Below, one piece after another: positions 38,134-45,516 of a DNA stretch of 53,752 nt (position 1 is the stretch's first letter; every line of letters starts with the position of its first letter). A model generated the notes under the pieces. The model was not told the DNA's origin. It did no database searches and worked only from the letters and a program-made list of their open reading frames with translations. Source of the stretch: Clostridiales bacterium (GTDB taxonomy: Bacteria; Bacillota; Clostridia; Ch29); contig JAAYEV010000032.1 in assembly GCA_012728565.1 (NCBI GenBank), forward strand, positions 1 through 53,752, read 5' to 3'. The position numbers were made by a program, and so were the translations under genes.

Positions 38134-39124
38134 TACCATCCTCCGTCTTAACATTTTCAGTTATTGTTTGTTCCACTTTGTTTTCTATAAACCTTACCGC
38201 CTGCATTATTGCGTTTTCAATAGCCAGCGCGTCGGAACTGCCGTGGGCTTTTATACAGCCACCGGCGATACCCAACAGCGGCGCTCCGCCGTACTGCTTG
38301 TAATCCATCCTTTCTTTCAGCTTTTTAAGTCCCGGCTTGAGCACGGCCGCAGCCAGCTTGGATGCGGTACCGGCTGTGAATTCCGCCTTTAGCTGCGAAA
38401 ACAATGTCATTGCAAGTCCCTCGGTAAGCTTTAATATTACATTGCCGACAAAACCGTCACAGACCAAAACGTCCGCAGCTCCCTCGGGGATGTCTCGTGC
38501 TTCAATATTGCCGATGAAGTTAAGCCCGGACTTTTCAAGCAGCGCATAGGCCTCCTTGGTAAGGGCATTTCCCTTGCCCTGCTCGGTACCGATGTTAACC
38601 AGCGCAACCCTTGGGTTTTGCACCCCCAGGACACCCTGCATATAGGCCGAACCCATCACACCGAACTGCAGAAGGTTTACCGGCTTGCACTCGGCGTTTG
38701 CACCGGCGTCTATCAGCATCGCCCCTCCCCTTAGGGTGGGAAGAACCGGTGCCAGCGCCGGGCGGTCTATGCCCTTTATCCTGCCTATCCTAAACAGCGC
38801 TCCCGCCAGAAGCGCTCCCGTATTGCCCGCCGAAATAAAGGCCCCGGCTTCCTTTCTTTTAACAAGGTCCATCCCAACCACCATTGATGAATCCTTCTTT
38901 TTCCTTATGGCTTCCACCGGCGCATCCTCTGCGCTTATCACCTGGCCGGCGTTTACTATGCTTATCCTTTCGGTCTGGTACCCGCCAAGGATATCCCTTA
39001 TATTTTCCTCTTTTCCCACAATAATTAACCTAAGCCTCTTATCCCTTTCCAGGGCCCCAATGCAGCCCTTCACCACTTCCACCGGCGCATTGTCTCCGCC
39101 CATGGCGTCAACGGCAATTCTCAT
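38126..39124 (-). CDS. plsX: Phosphate acyltransferase PlsX
   Basis: IAVDAMGGDNAP, SAGNTGA, DGFVGN, KAHGSS. Confidence 0.98.
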   Translation of the reverse strand: MRIAVDAMGGDNAPVEVVKGCIGALERDKRLRLIIVGKEENIRDILGGYQTERISIVNAGQVISAEDAPVEAIRKKKDSSMVVGMDLVKRKEAGAFISAGNTGALLAGALFRIGRIKGIDRPALAPVLPTLRGGAMLIDAGANAECKPVNLLQFGVMGSAYMQGVLGVQNPRVALVNIGTEQGKGNALTKEAYALLEKSGLNFIGNIEARDIPEGAADVLVCDGFVGNVILKLTEGLAMTLFSQLKAEFTAGTASKLAAAVLKPGLKKLKERMDYKQYGGAPLLGIAGGCIKAHGSSDALAIENAIMQAVRFIENKVEQTITENVKTEDGNG

Positions 39125-39136
39125 TATAATCCCCCC

Positions 39137-39700
39137 TTACTCGTCCAGGGACACCAGTATGAACTTGCCCCTGAACACTTCCTGCATCTTGAGCTTTATT
39201 CTTACCCATACGAAAAATTTGTTTCCCCTACGCTTTATTATTTCCGCATGGGCAACCAGTTTCTGTCCCGAACGGACCGGCTGCTTGTATTTGATGTTTG
39301 CTACCCCGATAAGGGCCACGTCAGCATCTATCACGGCTATTGCGAGGGATTCCGCCTGGGCGTATATGAACTGTCCCCGCACTATGTTGGTCTTTTCAAA
39401 GGCCATTGAGTCATCCGTCTCCAGCATGGACATTCCTTTCTTACCCAGGTCTATGTCCAGAAGTTCCCCAACAATCTCCTTTCCGGATATGGACCTTACC
39501 TTTGCGTATGTACCCTCCGCCACGCTTTTTATCCTTTCCCTAAGCTCCGGTATACCCAGCTCCAGCCTGTCCAGCCTTATGGTTTGTATGCTTACCCCGA
39601 AGTGCTCGCTAAGCTCCTCGTCGGTGAGAAACGGGTCCTTGACGATTTTATCCATAAGGCTTTTCTGCCTCTCCTTCTTTTCCTTCCCTTTTCCCGCCAA
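39137..39700 (-). CDS. fapR: Malonyl-CoA-responsive repressor FapR
   Basis: PFLTDEEL...[25 protein letters not shown] plus hot-dog domain. TTG start after AAAGGGGTG gives 187 aa. Confidence 0.95.
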   Translation of the reverse strand: MAGKGKEKKERQKSLMDKIVKDPFLTDEELSEHFGVSIQTIRLDRLELGIPELRERIKSVAEGTYAKVRSISGKEIVGELLDIDLGKKGMSMLETDDSMAFEKTNIVRGQFIYAQAESLAIAVIDADVALIGVANIKYKQPVRSGQKLVAHAEIIKRRGNKFFVWVRIKLKMQEVFRGKFILVSLDE

Positions 39701-39782
39701 AATAACACCCCTTTCCCGTTCACCGGCCGGTGCCATTGTCCAGGACACGGCCTTGCGCAGCATAATACCTTATTACTAACAT

Positions 39783-39799
39783 TTAGTACCTGGTATTAA
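39783..39799. promoter_or_regulatory. FapR operator
   Basis: Near-palindrome TTAGTACCTGGTATTAA matches the FapR box and sits at the fapR transcription start. Confidence 0.85.
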
Positions 39800-39804
39800 T
39801 ATTA

Positions 39805-39833
39805 AGTATATATTATATCCCTTGGTGAATCAA
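39805..39833 (-). promoter_or_regulatory. sigmaA promoter of the fapR-plsX-fab operon
   Basis: TTGATT-N17-TATACT immediately upstream of the operator. Confidence 0.75.
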
Positions 39834-39849
39834 CAGAAATTTTACCGGC

Positions 39850-39901
39850 AAAAATGGGACATGCCCGCAGGAGGGGAATTCCCCCGCTGCGGTATGTCCC
39901 A
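39850..39901 (-). terminator. Terminator of the sigma54 activator gene
   Basis: Long imperfect hairpin UGGGACAUACCGCAG...CUGCGGGCAUGUCCCA followed by UUUUU. Confidence 0.7.
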
Positions 39902-39964
39902 AATCAGTATCCCTGTGCCACAGGGATATGCCAACGATAAGGCCAAAAAGATGCGTCGCCGGGT

Positions 39965-42046
39965 TTATACCACTTTTAAGCCCTCGGTTTCCAGTCTTCT
40001 TTGCAATATATTGACACATTCCTCCCCTTCCATGGACAGCCTTGTGCCCTTGGGCCCTTTACGGGTCACCACAAGACCGTACTTTGCCAAGATGTTAAGC
40101 CGGTTTCTTACCATTTGTTCTGTCATCTTGGTGCCCCCGCCGCAAAGCTGCGCAAGACTTCTCCTGCTTAAGTAAGCCCTGCCTTCTTCCTGTGCTTTTT
40201 TCATAGTTGAAAGGATAAGGAATGTTTCGTCCATGGGCATTTCCTTTTCCAGCAGCTGCAGCAGCTTTTCCTTTTGCATAGTGCTGTCCTTTGAAACAAA
40301 GGGCAGGTCCTTTACCCTCACAGGACCTTCTCCAACAATGTGATAAAGGTACTCGATTACGTTTTCCAGCTCGCGGATGTTTCCCGGCCAGTCGTATTCC
40401 ATGAACTTTTCCATGGCCTGGTCGCTTATTATAAGCTCCTTACCCCCGGGGAACCTTTCCAGCATCTTTTCAATCAAAAGCGGTATATCCTCCTTGCGCT
40501 CCCTAAGGGGCGGTATTCGAATGGGCAGCACTTTAAGCCTGTAAAACAAATCCTCCCTGAACTTGCCCGCACTCACAAGGTCTTCCAAGTTTTTATTGGT
40601 GGCGGCTATAATCCTTACATCTATAGGTATAATCTTTGTGCCGCCTATGCGCAGCACTTCCTTTTCCTGCAAAACCCTAAGCAGCCGGGCCTGGATCTTC
40701 ATTGAGGCATCCCCTATCTCGTCCAGGAATATGGTCCCCTTGTGGGCCTGCTCGAACAGCCCTGCATGCCCGCCCTTCCTCGCACCGGTAAAAGCGCCCT
40801 CCTCGTAGCCGAACAGTTCGCTTTCCAGCAGGTTTTCCGGCAGAGCCGCAAAGTTAACCGCCACAAAGGGCCCGTGCTGTTTATTGGATGCCCTGTGTAT
40901 TGCATGGGCGAACAGCTCCTTTCCTATGCCACTTTCGCCTATGAGAAGAAGGGTTGAATTGCTCTTGGCAAGTTTCCTTGCTATCTCCTTTGTCTCGGTT
41001 ATTTTCTTGCTTTTACCTATTATATTTGAAAAATCGTACTTGGAGGTGTGACCCCTTTTCATCAGGTTGGTCCTTACTATATTCTCCATCTCAATAATTT
41101 CCGAAAGGTCCTTGAAAGTTATTATAACCCCGTTGTATACGTCATCTTTGATAATGGGCATCATGGTGAGCAAAATCTTTTTACCCATTATTTCATGTAT
41201 TTTTCGATAAAGGCCGAAATTCTTCCCCAAAAGGCTCTTTGCCTCGAAGTCCAAAACATCGTCCAGGTTTATGTCTCCATTCTTAGTCTTTCCCCTTGAA
41301 CCAAACAGTTTTTTTGCATTTTCATTGCTGAACATAATACTGCCATTGCTGTCTACGCCCACTATGCCGTCGTTTATTACGTTGAGTATGGTATTTAATT
41401 GCTTCATTATATTATCGTTGGTTTCCAGGGCCTTTACCACTTTTTTGCTGGAATACACGAAGTCCTGCAGGAACCTTACCGACAACAGGTTTGTTCTCTC
41501 GTCCATGATTTTCAACTTCATCATAATCTCGGTTATGGTGGTAAGGTCAATCTTGCTGTAACCCAGGTCTATGACGTTTTCCACGTAATCGGGAACCATA
41601 TGGGTTTCCCCCGTTGTGATTGCATAATTGGCGTGCAGTGAAAACCTCTGCCCCGGGTAATACGGGTACATCCTTATATGGGTTATGCCCAGTCCTTCCA
41701 GGAGGGATATGGAGTTTTCGGCAAGGTACTTGTTAACGTCTACAAACAGTACGTCTTCTCCCTTGGGTATTCTAAGCACATCCTCCAGCTTGGAATGGTT
41801 CAGCGCACGCCTGGCCACCAGCACCTCCGACCTGGGGTCGATATACTTCATGGCCGCTTCCCTAAGGTATTCATGGCTAATCAGTACCAGCTTGTCGTAT
41901 ATTTTTTCATTTATGCCCTCCAGTATGGAATACCCCCTGATTGTCACCTCCGGGCCCAACAGGTTGGTAAGCTGGTTTATCACGTTTTCCTTATGTTTCT
42001 CGGAACGGGTTATGATGGACAGGCCGGATGGAATTTCGGTTGACAT
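39965..42046 (-). CDS. Sigma54-dependent enhancer-binding protein (N-terminal sensory region, PAS-like, AAA+, winged-helix-like C-terminus)
   Basis: GESGIGKE Walker [40 protein letters not shown]. Confidence 0.96.
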   Translation of the reverse strand: MSTEIPSGLSIITRSEKHKENVINQLTNLLGPEVTIRGYSILEGINEKIYDKLVLISHEYLREAAMKYIDPRSEVLVARRALNHSKLEDVLRIPKGEDVLFVDVNKYLAENSISLLEGLGITHIRMYPYYPGQRFSLHANYAITTGETHMVPDYVENVIDLGYSKIDLTTITEIMMKLKIMDERTNLLSVRFLQDFVYSSKKVVKALETNDNIMKQLNTILNVINDGIVGVDSNGSIMFSNENAKKLFGSRGKTKNGDINLDDVLDFEAKSLLGKNFGLYRKIHEIMGKKILLTMMPIIKDDVYNGVIITFKDLSEIIEMENIVRTNLMKRGHTSKYDFSNIIGKSKKITETKEIARKLAKSNSTLLLIGESGIGKELFAHAIHRASNKQHGPFVAVNFAALPENLLESELFGYEEGAFTGARKGGHAGLFEQAHKGTIFLDEIGDASMKIQARLLRVLQEKEVLRIGGTKIIPIDVRIIAATNKNLEDLVSAGKFREDLFYRLKVLPIRIPPLRERKEDIPLLIEKMLERFPGGKELIISDQAMEKFMEYDWPGNIRELENVIEYLYHIVGEGPVRVKDLPFVSKDSTMQKEKLLQLLEKEMPMDETFLILSTMKKAQEEGRAYLSRRSLAQLCGGGTKMTEQMVRNRLNILAKYGLVVTRKGPKGTRLSMEGEECVNILQRRLETEGLKVV

Positions 42047-42110
42047 GGTATTTGCCCTCCTTCCTGAGATATAGCGCCTTTATTTATTGTATTGTATCAA
42101 AAAATTACCG

Positions 42111-42148
42111 GGTTTAAAATGGTTTTATTCAAAAAACCTTTTTGAACC
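42111..42148. promoter_or_regulatory. Candidate activator binding site 1 (UAS)
   Basis: GGTT-N6-GGTT-N10-AACC-N6-AACC; arms are complementary at 14 of 16 positions. Confidence 0.7.
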
Positions 42149-42265
42149 AATTATATCGCCGTTATACTCATTTCAAACAACGCTGTCGTGCCCCGGTGTA
42201 CCACAGCCAATAAACGGGGATAGAGCTTTTGCAGCCACAGTTTCCCGCCGGAGGGCTGTCTATTT

Positions 42266-42303
42266 GGTTTTTTATGGGTCATATCAACAACCCATTATCA
42301 ACC
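42266..42303. promoter_or_regulatory. Candidate activator binding site 2 (UAS)
   Basis: GGTT-N6-GGGT-N10-ACCC-N6-AACC; same 38-bp geometry as site 1. Confidence 0.7.
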
Positions 42304-42384
42304 TATATGCCAAAAGCTACGCATTATAAGCCCTGCCAAGAGGCTGTTATCGCCTATAGACGCCCCCCTGCCTTATAAAAAAAC

Positions 42385-42401
42385 TTGGCATGAATATTGC
42401 T
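42385..42401 (+). promoter_or_regulatory. sigma54 (-24/-12) promoter of the eam-TRAP operon
   Basis: TTGGCATGAATATTGCT = GG-N10-GC; divergent from a GAFTGA activator. Confidence 0.93.
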
Positions 42402-42516
42402 TATTTCATTAGCAGGCTGATCAGCGAAACCATTTTTAGGGGGTGGTATTGGAATTTAATGACATTAAGGAATGGGCATAATCATTCGAATTATTTATCC
42501 AATAGGAGGTCAAGAA

Positions 42517-43779
42517 ATGGATACTGCTAATAAAAGCGCAAGACAGATTTCCCTGGAAAGGGCCGAAGTTTTAAAAAGCCGTATAGACCCCTATCTTGAA
42601 GCTAAAATGCATATCCCTACCGGACTTGAACAGGATGAAGTAATCAAGGCAAGGCAGGCTAAGATAAAAGAAGGTTTAGGGGCTACCGACGCCGAGTGGA
42701 ACGATTGGAAGTGGCAGATAAAAAACAGGATAACAGATTCGGATACCCTTGCAAAATTTATCAATCTAACTCCCAAACAGAAGAAGGATATTGATGCTGT
42801 CACGAAGAAGTTTAGATGGGCAATTTCCCCTTACTATTTATCGCTCATAGACCCGGAGGGAGACCATTACAAGGACCCGATATACCTTCAGTCCATTCCT
42901 ACGGGCCTTGAACTAAAAGAGGGTATCGGCGAGGCCGATCCTATGGCAGAGGAATTTACCAACCCTGCCCCCTGTATTACACGCCGGTATCCCGACAGGC
43001 TTATAATTAACGTAACAAACCAGTGCGGAATGTACTGCAGGCACTGTCAAAGGAGAAGGAATATCGGAGAAATAGATTCACCACAACCTAGGGAAAACCT
43101 GCAGCAGGCTGTCGACTATATTAAAAATACTCCTGAAATAAGGGATGTTTTAATAACCGGCGGCGACCCCTTCACATTATCCGATGAGAATCTTGACTGG
43201 CTGCTGGGGGAACTTGACAAGATACCGCATCTTGAGTACAAGCGTATTGGCAGCCGGATGCCGGTTACCTTGCCCCAGAGGATAACACCCGAACTGTGTG
43301 CCATGCTCAAGAAACATCATCCGCTTTATATCAATACGCATTTCAACAACCCGATGGAAGTATCGGCCGAATCCAAAAAGGCCTGTGAGATGCTTGCCGA
43401 TGCGGGAATACCCCTGGGGAACCAGGCAGTACTTTTGAGGGGAATAAACGACCATCCCTTCGTGATGAAGAAACTTTGCCAGGAACTTTTAAGAATAAGA
43501 GTTAGGCCCTATTATATATTCCACGCTAAGGGTGTGGTGGGAACCCTTCACTTCAGAACCAGCGTTGACATTGGTATTGAAATCATGGAACACCTGAGGG
43601 GCTACACATCGGGCCTGGCAATACCCACATTTATAATAAACGCTCCCCAGGGAAGGGGCAAAACGCCCATGCTTCCAGAGTATTTAATCTCCCACGGCAG
43701 GGACACCATAACCATAAGAACCTGGGAGGGAGAAATCATCACATATCCTAACAAGGATGCCGAAGTGGAATACGAATAG
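42517..43779 (+). CDS. eam: Glutamate 2,3-aminomutase (radical SAM/PLP, KamA family)
   Basis: CGMYCRHC; PLP lysine in APQGRGKTP; Eam-type N-terminus RQISLERAEVLKSRID. Lys (YIFHAK) and Asn (FIINAP) replace the two Asp residues that bind the lysine side chain in lysine 2,3-aminomutase. SD AGGAGGT. Confidence 0.9.
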   Translation: MDTANKSARQISLERAEVLKSRIDPYLEAKMHIPTGLEQDEVIKARQAKIKEGLGATDAEWNDWKWQIKNRITDSDTLAKFINLTPKQKKDIDAVTKKFRWAISPYYLSLIDPEGDHYKDPIYLQSIPTGLELKEGIGEADPMAEEFTNPAPCITRRYPDRLIINVTNQCGMYCRHCQRRRNIGEIDSPQPRENLQQAVDYIKNTPEIRDVLITGGDPFTLSDENLDWLLGELDKIPHLEYKRIGSRMPVTLPQRITPELCAMLKKHHPLYINTHFNNPMEVSAESKKACEMLADAGIPLGNQAVLLRGINDHPFVMKKLCQELLRIRVRPYYIFHAKGVVGTLHFRTSVDIGIEIMEHLRGYTSGLAIPTFIINAPQGRGKTPMLPEYLISHGRDTITIRTWEGEIITYPNKDAEVEYE

Positions 43780-43881
43780 AAAACATTTAAAGCTCAAAGA
43801 TATACTTTAACGATTCTCTTTAACCTAATCAATTTTTGGTGATAAATCATTACCAAAAATATCAAATAAGGGGGTATATCC

Positions 43882-44931
43882 ATGAGAAAAAAACTAGCTT
43901 TATTTATGGTTCTCCTGTTTGTGCTGGGCGCCATGCTGGCGGGCTGCAGCCCTTCGGGAGGTACCGAACAGCCGGGTGAAGAAGCAGAAGAAAAACCGGC
44001 ACCAGCTCAGAAAATGCAAATCAATATCATCACCGGTTCCACCGGCGGTACCTATTTCGCCCTTGGTGGGGCCATGGCCAACACCTGGAATGAATTCCTG
44101 GACAACATACAGGTGACAAGCCAGCCCGGCGGTGCTTCGGTTGAAAGTATTAACCGTGTGCATGCCGGCGAGGTTGAACTTGGAATGGCTATGAACAACA
44201 TAGCCGACGACGCCTGGAACGGCAGGGGGTCCTTCCCGACCGAGCAGCGTAACTTCAGGGCCATAGGCGTTATATACCCGGAAGTTTACCAGGGTGTTGC
44301 ATTAAAGAGCAGCGGCATAAAAACCATTGAGGACCTGAAGGGTAAAAGAGTAGCCGTAGGCCCGGTTGGAAGCGGTACCGTTGTTATGACCGAGACGGTA
44401 TTTGCGGAAGCGGGCATGACCTTTGACGATGTAAAGGCAGCCTATGACGGGTTTGGCGATGCCGCCAGCAAGATGAAGGACGGCCACCTGGATGCAGCCT
44501 TTAACGTACTGGCAGTTCCTGCCGCTGCAATACAGGACATTATGACCGCCCGTGAGATAGAAGTGATCGAAATAGGTGATGAACTGTTCCAAAAAATAAA
44601 AGCCAAGTCTCCCTTCTTCAGCCAGTATGTGATACCGGCCGGGACTTACGGTAACGAGGAAGACAAACTTACAGTCAACTGCGTGGCAGCACTTTACGTC
44701 GCCCCGGATATGCCGGAGGATGCCGTATACGAAATAACCAAGGTATGGTTTGAGCAGACCGCGCATACTGCAGCCGCTCACCAGGCCGCCCAATGGCTGG
44801 CGGATGAAATTGCCGCGGGCAACAAGCAGGTAATGATAGACGGTATTACAACACCGCTGCATAAAGGTGCCTATAAGTACTTTACTGAAATAGGCCTTGA
44901 TATCCCGGACATGATAAAACCCATAGACTAA
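43882..44931 (+). CDS. TAXI-family TRAP transporter substrate-binding lipoprotein
   Basis: Lipobox LAGC, TGSTGGTYF, GASVE, DLKGKRVAVGPVGSGT, PLHKGAYKYF. Confidence 0.95.
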   Translation: MRKKLALFMVLLFVLGAMLAGCSPSGGTEQPGEEAEEKPAPAQKMQINIITGSTGGTYFALGGAMANTWNEFLDNIQVTSQPGGASVESINRVHAGEVELGMAMNNIADDAWNGRGSFPTEQRNFRAIGVIYPEVYQGVALKSSGIKTIEDLKGKRVAVGPVGSGTVVMTETVFAEAGMTFDDVKAAYDGFGDAASKMKDGHLDAAFNVLAVPAAAIQDIMTAREIEVIEIGDELFQKIKAKSPFFSQYVIPAGTYGNEEDKLTVNCVAALYVAPDMPEDAVYEITKVWFEQTAHTAAAHQAAQWLADEIAAGNKQVMIDGITTPLHKGAYKYFTEIGLDIPDMIKPID

Positions 44932-44982
44932 TCAACAGAGAGGGGGAAGGCCGGGTCGGCTTTGCAGCCCCGGCCTTCATTA

Positions 44983-45516
44983 ATGAAAAAAACTTTTATC
45001 TTACTTTTATTTTTCGGTATAGTTTTTTCCCTTTTGCTGCTACCCATCCTTGTACTTGAAGTAAGGGTTGACGGCTCTGAAGAGCTTGTCTTTCAACAGC
45101 CAGCAAAAGCAGGAAGTTTATTCGAAGTCCACTGGATACATTCGGTTACACTGCAGCCGGTTATAGAAGTTTACCTTTTGGAAGCTCCCGGCAGAATCCC
45201 GATAGTAAAGATGACCTTTGACGAATTTGGGCCAAATCTGCCGGCACACCCCGAGTTTAACCAGTACTGGGTTATTGAAGACGGAAAATATAACGTACTG
45301 GGCTACGATTTAGTATTTGAAAGAGTTCCGGTAACCATAGGTGCCGTTATAGCAGACCATACCCTTGTTTATAACGGGCGCTCCACTCCTTTGGAGGATG
45401 TGCACCGCCCCGGCGGGTATGTGCATATAGGCCTTACAGAAAAAAAACTTTGCCAATTCTTTATTGAGGAGGTAGAAATATGGCAGAAAGGCAGAAGGAA
45501 GACAGCATTTTATTAG
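44983..45516 (+). CDS. DUF1850-like small protein associated with TAXI-TRAP systems
   Basis: N-terminal hydrophobic segment, F.VHWIHSV...V.E.Y and FGPNLP motifs; lies between the binding protein and the permease. Start uncertain. Confidence 0.8.
   Translation: MKKTFILLLFFGIVFSLLLLPILVLEVRVDGSEELVFQQPAKAGSLFEVHWIHSVTLQPVIEVYLLEAPGRIPIVKMTFDEFGPNLPAHPEFNQYWVIEDGKYNVLGYDLVFERVPVTIGAVIADHTLVYNGRSTPLEDVHRPGGYVHIGLTEKKLCQFFIEEVEIWQKGRRKTAFY

Noticed and set aside
39813-40019. 68-aa minus-strand ORF after the activator
   Set aside because: Overlaps the activator's end, the terminator hairpin and the fapR promoter; no recognisable motifs.
42468-42491. sigmaH-like AGGA...GAAT in the eam leader
   Set aside because: Spacing is 16 nt rather than 17-18, and the sigma54 promoter already explains expression.
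42517-43779. Calling the radical SAM enzyme lysine 2,3-aminomutase (kamA/ablA) or EpmB
   Set aside because: It lacks the two Asp residues for the lysine side chain and the C-terminal zinc cysteines, has the Eam-type N-terminus, and has no ablB, kamDE, efp or epmA nearby.
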